NCBI RefSeq assembly: GCF_006345805.1
Contig: NC_043017.1
Coordinates: 16,244,001-16,308,000 of the forward strand
DNA: 64,000 bases
Direction of reading: 5' to 3'
From: Octopus sinensis
Lineage: Eukaryota
Part shown: positions 52,065 to 64,000 of the stretch, one piece after another
Layout of the letters: the number at the start of each line of letters is the position of its first letter
Position numbering within the stretch: position 1 is the stretch's first letter
The notes under the pieces: generated by a model
Told to the model about the DNA's origin: nothing
The model's input: the letters and a program-made list of their open reading frames with translations, nothing else
Database searches by the model: none
Translations under genes and position numbers: made by a program

Positions 52065-52610
52065 AATTTTTGGAGAAGGAGCCTAGTTAATTATATCGAC
52101 CCCAGTGCGCAGCTGGTACTTATTTCATCGACCTCGAAAGGATGAAAGGCAAAGTCAACCTCGGCGGAATTTGAACTCAGAGCGTAGCGGGTATACCAAA
52201 TACCACTACGAATTTCGCCCGGCGTGCCAACCTTTCTTTTCTACTCTAGGCACAAGGTCCAAAATTTCTGGGGAGGGGACCAGTCGATTAGATCGACCCC
52301 AGTACGCAACGGGTACTTAATTTATCGACCCCGAAAGGATGAACGGCAAAGTCGACCTCGGCACAATTTGAACTCAGAACGTAGCGGCAAACCAAATACC
52401 GCTACGATTTTCGGCCGGCGTGCTAACGTTTCTTATTTCTTTACTACCCACAAGGGGCTAAACACAGAACGGACAAACAAGGACAGACAAAGGTATTAAG
52501 TCGATTACATCGACCCCAGTGCGTAACTGGTTCTTAATTTATCGACCTCGAAAAGATGAAGGGTAAAGTCGACCTCGGCGTGCTAACGTTTCTGCCAGCT
52601 CGCCGCTTCA
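52065..52610 (-). mobile_element. Head-to-tail trimer of SINE A
   Basis: Three successive central domains; the later monomers restart at gaaa(c/g)gtt(a/g)gcacgccgg. Confidence 0.85.
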
Positions 52611-52979
52611 GCTCAATATAAAACAATAAAGGTATTTGTCACGATGTGTAATTATAGGAACCTTATTGGTTGATGATGGGATTAAACGGAATTAAACAAA
52701 CCTTGATAAGGGAGAATATTCTTCGACAAAGTTCTCTTTTTTTTAAATTTTGGGTTCAAAATAATTCCATATAAGGTAGTTAATGAAAAGTCTATTGGTT
52801 TAAAGGAGAAATGAATCGAAGTGTGAAGAATGTATTCAATTTATTCGATTTTGGACAAAAAGGTGATTCCACAGGAGTTTAGACTCGAGTTTTCTTTTAT
52901 GCAGATGGATATTTTTGGTGGATCAACAGCTGTCTTTTAGAATTTAAATGTCATCACCATCATCGTTATTATCGTTAAA

Positions 52980-53375
52980 GCGGGGGAGCTGGCAGAATCG
53001 TTAGCACGCCGGGCGAAATGCTTTGCTGTATTTCGTCTGCCGCTACGTTGTGAGTTCAAATTCTGCCGAGGTCGACTTTGTCTTTCATCCTTTCGGGGTC
53101 GATAAATTAAGTACCAGTTACACACTGGGGTCGATATAATCGACTTAATCCGTTTCTCTGTCCTTGTTCGTCCCTTCTGTGTTTAGCCCCTTGTAGGCAG
53201 TAAAGCAATAGGCATTTCGTCTGCCGCTACGTTCTGAGTTCAAATTCCGCTGAGGTCGACGTTGCCATTCATCATTTCGGGGTCGATAAATTAAGGACTA
53301 GTGAAATACTGGGGTCCATGGAATCGACGGGTCCCCTCTCCCAAAATTTCAGGTTTTTTGCCTATAACAGAAAGG
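52980..53375 (+). mobile_element. Head-to-tail dimer of SINE A
   Basis: Monomer 1 has the tgtccttgtt..tgtgtttagccccttgt tail; monomer 2 restarts at catttcgtctgccgctacg. Confidence 0.85.
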
Positions 53376-54400
53376 ATTATTATCTTCATCGCCAATATCG
53401 CGACCATGATCGTCATCATCACCATCATTGTAACCATCATCAACATCATCACCATCATCTCCATTATTATCATCATCATCACCAGCATCACCACCACCGC
53501 CACCACATCTGATAACCTGCTAGAAACAGCAGCCGAATCTTCAAAGCAGCCACTAACAATTTCGATAACAAGAAAAAAAATTTTTTTTATAATAATAAGA
53601 GAGGAATACATAGAATATTGAAGTTCATGGGTATAAAGAGTGGAGGGTGTCAAGGTTGGAATGTCTTTGATGATAGATCTACTCGATGAGAGCCGTCCTG
53701 GGGCTAAAGAACACCAACAACAAACTCTTATTTTATGATGAAGATGGGAAGAAACTAGTTCAGAGATGGGGGAGTGGTGGTGGTGGGGGCGGCAGCGGCG
53801 GTGGTTGTGGTGGTGGTGGTTGTGGTGGTGGTGGTTGTGGTGGTGGTGGTGTTGGTGGTGGATGACGACGAAATGTGGAGGAATGTGTGGTGTGCGCGGG
53901 CGGCAGGATATGTGGAAGTGGATTAGAGGTGGGGGGGTCGATGTTGAGGGTGGGGTGTTGGGTTATGAACAGCGATTAGTTGAAATCTCTGAGGAAATGA
54001 TTGTGAAGTGACCTAATGAAATTCTATTAATTAATAGGAGACACACAGACAGACTGATAGATAGATAAGTAAATAGAGAGAGAGAGAGAGACAGAGAGAG
54101 AGAGACACAGACAGAGACAGAGGGAGAAATAAAGAGAGAGACTAACATAGACAGACACACAGACACACTGAGAGGCAGGCAAAACAGACAGACAGACAAT
54201 TAAGATGGATGGATGGAGATGAATTTTTAAGCGAATGTATCGATCCCAGCACTTATTTTCTAAAAAGCCTGGCACTTATTCTTTTGAGCTGCTAAGTTAC
54301 GGGAACGTAAACACGTCAGCACCGTTGTTAGGCGGTGGGGGAGGGACAGAGACACAAAGATACACACATACATGCATTCATATATGTATGTATATGTATG

Positions 54401-54433
<33 letters not shown>

Positions 54434-54451
54434 TATAATATCTAGATATTG

Positions 54452-54490
<39 letters not shown>

Positions 54491-54499
54491 TATATATAC

Positions 54500-54630
54500 G
54501 GCGGGTTTCTTTCAGTTTCCGCCTACAAATCCTCTCACAAGGCTATAGTACAAGACACTTGGCCAAGATACCACGCAGTAGGACTGAACCTCGGAACTAT
54601 GTGGTTGGGAGGCAAGCTTCTTACCACACA
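54500..54630 (-). mobile_element. SINE B 5' half
   Basis: gggtttctttcagtttccg...agacacttggccaag..ccacgcagtaggactgaacc...cttaccacac. Confidence 0.75.
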
Positions 54631-56077
54631 CCCACGCCTACGTCTAAATACGTATACACACACTCACACACTTACACGTACATACACACATATGCATATA
54701 TATATATTATATTATATTATATTATATTATATTATATTATATTATATTATATTATATTATATACGTGTGTGTGTCTCTATGTGTGTATGCGTGTGCACAT
54801 GTGTATGTGTGTAAATATCTGTGTAGGCAGATAGATAGGTTTACACGTAAGTTACATGAGGCTGAATCTTCATTTGTCGTTATTCCGAGTAAGGATTAAA
54901 ACTCCTGGAATCCGTCAATTTGAGAAAGCGAAGGGAGAAACAAAAGGCGAAGGGAGAAACAAAAGACGACGGCGAAAAACCCGTTTGTTTCGGTGAAATC
55001 AAAAAGGTTAGCTGTTAGGAGTGAACAAAAATCGTTTGGGAAGGAAGAAAAATTGCTGAATAAGTAATTTGTTGGGTGCCGGCAGGAGTGGAATAGTTCA
55101 GATCTTTCGTTTAATGCTTGCGACACTTGAAATGAATCGCTTATTTTGTCATTTAAGAACAGATTACAAAATACATCTGAAGGATAGAAACTTTTGTCTT
55201 TTAGGCGCCGCAAACTCGGCTCCTCTACTCTTACTGTTGTTGTTGGTGGTGGTGGTGGTGGAAGGTAGGGTCCGCGGTGGTTGCAGTGGTGGTGGCGGCG
55301 GCGGCGGCGGTAGTGGTGGTGGTGGAAGGTAGGGTCGGCGGTGGTTGTGGTTTTGGTGGTGGTGGTGACAGTGAACTTGTTGACGGTTGTAGTTGTGATG
55401 GTGATGGAGGTGACGGCGCTGGTAATGATGTTGATGGCGATGGTAGGTATGGCGCTGGAAGAGGTTGTGTTGATGGCAGTGGTGGTGGTGGCAGTTGTTT
55501 GGTTGATACAGTACCTACTGAGTGGTTGATGAAGTCGATGAAGGGGGGGTTGGAGGAGGGAGGGAGGGAGGCGACCGAAGGACTCCTGCCACCACCACCA
55601 CCACCACCACCACCCTCACCTCAACATGTATCAGTCAATCAAATCAATTTGTGAGTCAACAGACAATCCCCACAGACTTCCTTACAGTTCATAGCATCAT
55701 CATCATCACCATCGTCACCATCGTCATCTAGCAACGCCGTCATCATCATTACGATCATGAAAATCATCATTATCGTTATCATCATCATCATCATCGTCAT
55801 CATCATCATCATCATCATCAACATTATCATCATTATCACCACCACCATCGCCACGCCTTTCCTCTAAACGTTTTGGTCGTGTTCCAGGAGAGGAATTCCA
55901 CACCATATTGTCATGCCCCATTGCTAATGGCTTCACAATAACCACCAATACCACCACCACCACCACCATCATTCTGAACATCTTCAAAATCATTACGTAC
56001 ATCACCACCATCATCATCATCATCACCATCATCACCATCACCACCATCATCATCACCATCATCACCACCACCATCAT

Positions 56078-56109
<32 letters not shown>

Positions 56110-56299
56110 GCATCGTCGTCTTCGTTGTCGACGTCATCAAAACCTTCGTCAGTATGTTGCTTTTATAGTTGTCTCACCCTTATAATTCAATATAAACATG
56201 ATTGTGGGAGAGGCATGCGCATCACAACATATTCTTCTGCAAGTTTCTAGCTTCAGATATTCACCGACACAGAAGTGTGTATGTATGTGTTTCTCTTGG

Positions 56300-56545
56300 T
56301 ATTCCAGATGGCTCCTGAAATTGACCTGCACTCCACAGACACGCGTACCCTTAACATAGTCCTCAGAGATATTCAGCCTGACATAGGATGTGACAGGGCC
56401 GGACTCATTGACTCGCAGGTACAACTAATTTTTTCCAGCTGGGTGGACAAGAGCAACGTGAAATAAAGTGTCACAACGCGTCACTAGGGATTGAACTCAT
56501 GATCTTACGATCGTCAGCCGAATACTCTAACCAGTCGCTACATAT
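56300..56545 (-). mobile_element. Diverged SINE D
   Basis: ccacagacacgcgtacccttaac...gcaggtacaact...ccagctgggtggac...gggattgaactc. Confidence 0.7.
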
Positions 56546-56599
56546 GTATGTTTGTATGATACATACGCACTCATGTGCAGTTTAGCTTCTGTCTAGTAG

Positions 56600-56830
56600 A
56601 CAGGGTGAAGGATCGAACAGGATCGCTGCACCGTAAAACCAGCGCTTCGGGCGGAAGGAACTCGTTGATGAGGGACAGAAATCCATCTAAGGTGAAGAAA
56701 GCCCCGATTTGAAACCTTCCTGACTTTACTGACAGACCCACTGATGCTAAATGCTCGGCAAGAACATGCAGGTCTCGAGTCTGGCGTTCTTCTCAACTTC
56801 GTTCTGGAAACTTCTGCGTTGACATTGGTG
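56600..56830 (+). mobile_element. Possible decayed RTE-like 3' end
   Basis: AKCSARTCRSRV resembles the RTE terminal zinc-finger; otherwise poorly conserved. Confidence 0.3.
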
Positions 56831-57256
56831 CCAGGGAGTGTCAACCCTTGGTCTCTCAATGAAGTGACTCTGTGGCGTTGAGAGGGGAGACAAAGCCTAC
56901 AGCTAGTCTACCATACAACCCACCAACGTCTGTAGCCCCCGGCCAGTTCAACCCAGTCTCACCTCACAACAACGGCGCACCACACGAAATCTTTGAAGAT
57001 ATCAACAGCCGCTGAAAACGTTTCTTAAGCAGGACTTTTCATCCTACCGGCCCATTAAGCCACGCAGCCCCACGCAAATTGCAGGCATTTACTTTATACG
57101 TATATATTGAAATGTTATTATGTTTATTTATTTTACACAGACGTTGGGCATAACCTCGACTAATGTCTAATTAGTAGTTGAGCACTCTCCCGCAACAAAT
57201 ACCTTCATTACACAAAATTAATGTCTTTTCTGATTCTCATGTGTTTGTCTAAGTCA

Positions 57257-57295
<39 letters not shown>

Positions 57296-57387
57296 TATAT
57301 GTATTCAATCTTCTTGTCTACCTACATATTTAGCAAATATATATATGTACATATACACACATACATGTATATACGTATATATACATG

Positions 57388-57428
<41 letters not shown>

Positions 57429-57689
57429 ATAAGCATATATGTATGTACGTGTGTATGTATGCATGCGTGTATGTATATGTATATTTATGCATGCATGTAT
57501 ATGTGACAGTATGCATGCATGTATGTATATGTGTATGTGCGTGCATGTATGTATGTGTGTGTATGTGTGTATGTATATATGTGTGTGTGTGTGTAATATA
57601 TGTGATAGTATGCCTGTATGTATGTATTATGTGTATGCACATCTATGTGTAGTTTATTTGTTTGAAGCCAATGATTCATCCTATCACTA

Positions 57690-57845
<156 letters not shown>

Positions 57846-58009
57846 TTAACTAGGGCACACAACTTGTTTAGGGACCGACATAGCGTCAGTGGAATATATC
57901 TGATATGCGATCGCGGATAAGATAAGGGAGTAGGAGGGAGGTTGCAGTGGTGGTGAGGGGTGGCTGGGGATGATGACGGTTGGGGTGGGGGTGATGACGA
58001 AGATAAAGA

Positions 58010-58112
58010 CGGCGACGATGATGATGTGAAAGATGACGGTAATGATGAGGATGATGATGTCAGTGATGATAATTATAATGAAGATGATGATGATGATGAT
58101 GATGATGATGAA

Positions 58113-58169
<57 letters not shown>

Positions 58170-58171
58170 AG

Positions 58172-58202
<31 letters not shown>

Positions 58203-58204
58203 AG

Positions 58205-58235
<31 letters not shown>

Positions 58236-58237
58236 AG

Positions 58238-58275
<38 letters not shown>

Positions 58276-58294
58276 GTGATGATGATGGTGGTGG

Positions 58295-58341
<47 letters not shown>

Positions 58342-58354
58342 ATGATGATGATGA

Positions 58355-58398
<44 letters not shown>

Positions 58399-58560
58399 AG
58401 TGATGATAGAGGTGGTGGTGGTGATTTTAATGATGACGAAGATGATGATGATGTTGAAGAAGAAGAAGAAGAAGAAGAAGAAGAAGAAGAAAAGAAGAAG
58501 AAGAAGAAGAAAAGAAGAAGAAGAAGAGGAAGAAGAAGAAGAAGAAAAGGATGACGATGA
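58010..58560. repeat. (GAT)n followed by (GAA)n
   Basis: Direct reading. Confidence 0.95.
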
Positions 58561-59217
58561 TGATAATGACACCGATGATGGTGAGGTGTGTTGGGGGGAG
58601 GGGGGCGAGTAGAGGTGCGACGTGCGGAGGTATACGTTACTTATCAAGTGCCGCCGTGCCACTGCCTCTGTTCCACCGCGCAGTCTGTCTGTGTGTCATC
58701 ATACCACAGAGATAACTCATAAACGACCTCCTCTCCCTCCTTACTTCTCTATCATATCATTGATCACATGACATCACTATGAGATGAGGAGATAACGAGT
58801 TCGATTCACGCATACATCTGCTCTGCACTTCTCTACACTTCATGCAGTCTAAGAGGTTTTGTGCGCGCGCGCGTGTGTGCGTGTGTGTGTCTATATGTAT
58901 ATATATACATACATGCATATATGTGTAGGGGGGGGGGCGCAGTCATATGACTGAACTACATAAAAGAATATATATATGTATATATGTATTTATATACATA
59001 TAAATGTATATATATAATTATATATATATATTTATATACATATGTATATATATATACATATATACATGTATATAAATATATATATATATATATACACATA
59101 TATATATATATATACATACGTACATACATATGTATATGCATATACATATATGTGTATATATATATTTATATATATGTATATATATATATATACATATAGA
59201 TAGATAGACAGACACAC

Positions 59218-59465
<248 letters not shown>

Positions 59466-60028
59466 ACATACTTTGTCTGTGCATTTATGTTTATGCATAC
59501 ACACAGAAATATATATACTTCTATATATGTATTAACGTGCGTACCTGTGTGTGTTTATGAGTTGGTGTTTTCCAGGTGTAATTGTGTGAGTGCGCGTGAG
59601 GGAATATTTTCATTTGTTTGTCTACGAGCATCATCAATGCCAGCCAGCGTTGCTAAACCAACATGAACACGTGTAGCAACCATCACCATCGCCACAACAA
59701 CAACAGCAACGTCGAAATGGCAACCATTTTTGCATTAAATATATCACACCTTACTGTCTTAGAAGAATAGAACAAATTTGATAGTGTTGTTGTTGACGGG
59801 ATGGTCATGGCTGGAAGACGTTTTATCATAGGATTATTCAACGAAAGCTCATCTGGGGCTAAAAACCAACGGGAAATACAACATAAGTAACATTATGTAT
59901 GTTTAAATACGTCTCTGCGGATGCACACACACACAAACACGAACATATATACATACATATACACATGTATGTATGTGTGTATGTATGTATATATGTGTGT
60001 ATGTATGTATGTTTGTATGTATGTATGT

Positions 60029-60190
60029 GTCTCTTCTATTTTTTAATCATTATAAATCTTCCACAGAGGAGGGAGCCGGTTTCTAACAGAGATACAAGAC
60101 TCCATCTTTGGCATGAACTTGAGAAAAGTCTTGCATATTTTTACTGTTCCACTCACAGACTGGACTCGTAATGTTCGAATTAGCCGGTCG
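60029..60190 (-). mobile_element. Short R4-like RLE 3' end flanked by (CATA)n on both sides
   Basis: RLIRTLRVQSVSGTVKICKTFLKF; gaaaagtcttgcatatttttactgttcc identical to the 22591-23092 copy. Confidence 0.75.
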
Positions 60191-60698
60191 TATGTATGTA
60201 TGTATGTATGTATGTATGTATGTATGTATGTATGTATGTATGTACGTATGTATGTATGTATGTATGTATGTATGATGTATGTATGTATGTATGTACGTAT
60301 GTATGTATGTATGTATGTGTGTGTATGTTTGTATGTATGTAAGTATTTATGGATGTATGTATGTATGTATATGCACATGTATGTATGTATGTATGTATGT
60401 GTGTATGTATGTATGTATGTATGTACGTATGTATCTATGTATGTATGTATGTATGTATGCATGTATCTATGTATGTATATATGTATGTATGTGTGTGTGT
60501 ATGTATGTATGTATGTATGTATGTACATATGTATGTATGTATGTGTGTGTATGTTTGTATGTATGTAAGTATTTATGGATGTATGTGTGTATGTGTATGT
60601 ATCTTTATACACTAATACATACATAGACATACATACATATAATACATATATATATATATATATACATACATGCATATATATATACAACACACACACAG

Positions 60699-60745
<47 letters not shown>

Positions 60746-60938
60746 ATAATATATATATATATATATAAATAATGTAGGGATAAGCGATTTAAATCAATAT
60801 ATACAGTATATTAAATACATGAAATACAAAAAAATGTATATATGTATACATATAAAATGGCCCGACTTACAGAAAACAAATGCTGTATATATGTATGTAT
60901 GTATATATTATATACATATACATACATGTGTGTGTGTG

Positions 60939-60989
<51 letters not shown>

Positions 60990-61455
60990 GTTGTTGTGGT
61001 TGCAAACCTTATAAATATCACAAAGATACACACATTATTTAGATAAAGCTTATCGTTCTTGCATGGAATCCCCAACCTAAAAAAGAATTCGCTGCCTTTA
61101 ATAAACAGACGATGTTAAATGTGTGCAGCGCTTCTTACAAGCGAACTGTTTGTTTCATCTGCTGAGCATCGTCGGAGATAAGTCGCTTTATCTCTGACGA
61201 TGCTGCCAACAAACTCAAACAAACACAGGTCGGTTTTGTTAGAAATCACTGAGTGTATAATTATATACATACATATACATACAAATGCACACATATTTAT
61301 ACATACATATATATATATATATATACAACATATATGTGTGCATGTATGTACATTTATATATATATATTTATATATATACACGTGAATGAGTTTCCGTTAA
61401 TAAATATATGCATGCATGTATTAACACGCACACACGCATGTACACACACACACAC

Positions 61456-61501
<46 letters not shown>

Positions 61502-61582
61502 CACCTTTTCCTGATTGTTTTTTTTTGTAGGGAGATGCCGTTTGTTTTGCTTTTCCATTTATTTTTTAAAAAGTGTATTTGT

Positions 61583-61629
<47 letters not shown>

Positions 61630-61968
61630 ATGTGTGCGTGTGTGTGTGTGTGTGTGTGTGACTCTGTGTGTGTGTATCTTCTTGATTTCATGATCAAATT
61701 TTATTCAAATCAAAGACAAAAAGTAAAAGATAGACTGAACGAGAATGGTTTTTGATGGTCGTCAGGTGCAGATCCAACAGATCGTCTGCTTTATAAGGCT
61801 TCCTTCAGACAAGATTTCTTCACCGCTACGCACGTAGATGGAGGCTTATGCGAAAGAGATTCTTGGCTCATTCATTTTTTTTTCTTTTTTCGTCTGACGA
61901 AGAACAATACCTGTCCATGCAAACAAGCCTCATCCTTTCCAAAGCACTGATGTTTATTCAAAGAAAGG

Positions 61969-62068
61969 NNNNNNNNNNNNNNNNNNNNNNNNNNNNNNNN
62001 NNNNNNNNNNNNNNNNNNNNNNNNNNNNNNNNNNNNNNNNNNNNNNNNNNNNNNNNNNNNNNNNNNNN
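61969..62068. other. Assembly gap (100 N)
   Basis: Run of N. Confidence 1.
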
Positions 62069-62217
62069 AATATATATATATATAAAGGTACGCAGAGTTA
62101 GCGGTTGGAATAACCGTCTAAGGGATAAGAATATCCGTTCTTGTTATCAGTATCATTTACCTGTGCTATCTCTGGGCATGGGTATGCAAGCACACTATGC
62201 TCATAGGGTACAGGTAA

Positions 62218-62730
62218 TCTATATATATAAAACTGTAGTTGTGTGAGTGTCTGTCCCCTTCGATTTAGATTCCTAACTACTCCCACATTTTGCGGTGCAG
62301 TTTAACCAAATTCGGGTATCTTATAGTCGTGATTCATATCGAGCCCGTCTGAGTATTAGCGCGCGTCTACGATGAGTCTACGATTTAAAAAATAATTTAA
62401 CATCATTTTTTATTCCATTCTAATGCATAATTTTTCATGTGTCAATGGCGGCGGAGTTGGCGTCCATGGTCACACCTGCACCTGTTTGCTTCTCCCCCTT
62501 CTTCCCTCCCTCGTGAAGCTGTGGGGAAGGGAGTGTAAGGAAATCAACGTCGTAAAGCGTTGTCAAGGAGACCAGCGTTCTTTTAGAACAACGACTTCAT
62601 GGCTTGAAGACACCAAAACAGAAATGGCTAAGAAAGCCCAAATTGGCATCTATAAGGGAAGTAACTCTCTAAAAATGCTTATATAGTTATTTCCCTTACA
62701 AACCCGAGCAACGCCGGGCGATACTGCTAG
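62218..62730 (+). mobile_element. Complete non-autonomous Helitron (513 bp)
   Basis: A|TCTATATATATAAAA...CCCGAGCAACGCCGGG-cgatactg-CTAG|T: 5' TC, subterminal hairpin, 3' CTAG, inserted in AT with no TSD. Confidence 0.85.
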
Positions 62731-63734
62731 TAATTGAATAAACAAAAGTTTATCAGGAATCAAAATTTACACAAGCAGAAAATGGAGAAAACAAATTGAT
62801 CGGTTAATTATTTTTCTTTTAATACAAAGCATAACATTACATTACATGACATTTTTTACGGCCGTTTCGGCTGCCAATGTCAATCGGTGCTTACAAAGAA
62901 AATACCGAAAATAATATTCGCCATCTTTATAGCACATTCGATCTAGGACATGGAGCTTCATCAGAGTGAATACAAATGCGTAAAATAAAATAAACGAGGG
63001 AAGAGGAAAGAAGTGGGCCTTGGGATGAGGCCAGAAGGTTCAATATATTAGAATCATACCATTTTGCAGTGTGAAACTTGAAGTCGATAGGCAAAAGAGT
63101 GAACTAGCAAATGAACTACAGAAATAATTTATGGGTTATTTCTTTATGTAGGGGTATCAGAGTGTATAAATAGTAGTAGAATAAAACTAATGCTAAAGTA
63201 AAACAGGAATCGCCAATATGTCTAGAACAAGAATAGTACTTATGATTTCGTAAATAGAGCAAATTAATATTTATCCAAAACCAAACCCGTAGAGTTTTTA
63301 TAATGGTGCACTTACTGAAATATTCTAGAGACCAATCACCTGTTGTCCGTAATGGAATTGATCAAAGTCCAGCCAGACCGTTACAGGGGTAGCCGTAAAT
63401 AAAGACGAAAATGAACCAGTAAATAAAAAGGTATCGGGGAGAAGACTATGTTATAAGCGGCCCGAGGCTGCTTATGCCCCTCTACACCATCTCAACATAA
63501 CATAAAATAGAAATAAAGTAAGTACTAGCAATCAATACGGCCAAAAACTTTTTAACAGTTAAGGGGAGACTACTGATAGGGAGCTGAATACTAATAGAAA
63601 TTACCTTCGAAATATAATGCTAAACCTGACATCTTAAATAGCCAGCATACTTCCAAGTGGTGATTACAAGATGTAAATGTCTACACGTTACTGAGTGCAT
63701 TCTGCCTCTTAGACAACCACTTGAAGGTTTATCT

Positions 63735-63900
63735 TACTCCAGCCCACTCAGTTGGCCAAAATGAGTTATAGCTGTAATTCAAAGGCACCAACCTTGTCAT
63801 ATTCTGTGTGAGGTTGAATCTCCCCGAGAACTACATTAATGATATGCATGCCTGTGGATTACTCAGCCATTTGCGAGTTAATTTTATCCTCGTTTGGTAA
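63735..63900 (+). mobile_element. SINE D body fragment
   Basis: ccactcagttggccaaaatgag...aaccttgtcatattctgtgtg...gaatctccccgagaactac...tactcagcc. Confidence 0.75.
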
Positions 63901-64000
63901 TGAACAGTGAAATTGTCATCCTATATTTTATGTGTCTATGTATCTATGTACCAACTTTTCTTTCGATCTATGTATCTACTGTCTCTCTCACTTTCTCTCT

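Noticed and set aside
61885-61930. tCTGACGAagaac motif
   Set aside because: No matching GAAA or helices downstream; next to an assembly gap.

Overview
Repeat-saturated, AT-rich animal genomic DNA. The microsatellite load and SINE types point to an octopus (coleoid cephalopod) genome; this is inferred from repeat content only. No protein-coding gene could be supported: nearly all ORF-track entries are translations of (TA)n, (CA)n, (TATG)n, (GAT)n or (GGT)n repeats, or decayed transposon fragments. The window looks like a large intron or intergenic region. It contains four tRNA-headed SINE families (called A-D here), decayed RTE and CR1/L2-like LINEs, R4/Dong-type RLE retrotransposon 3' ends, a decayed Tc1/mariner, a mariner MITE and a complete 513-bp non-autonomous Helitron. 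The most interesting patterns are: (1) a set of minimal type-I hammerhead-ribozyme-like motifs with palindromic helix III and covarying helix I, several inside short Penelope-like elements that end at (TA)n; (2) an R4-like RLE retrotransposon family sitting in (CATA)n arrays, alongside Dong-like elements sitting in (AAT)n; (3) long palindromes, two of them centred on (TA)n; (4) head-to-tail SINE multimers joined at AGAAA microhomology. All coordinates were read by eye and element edges may be off by several bases.
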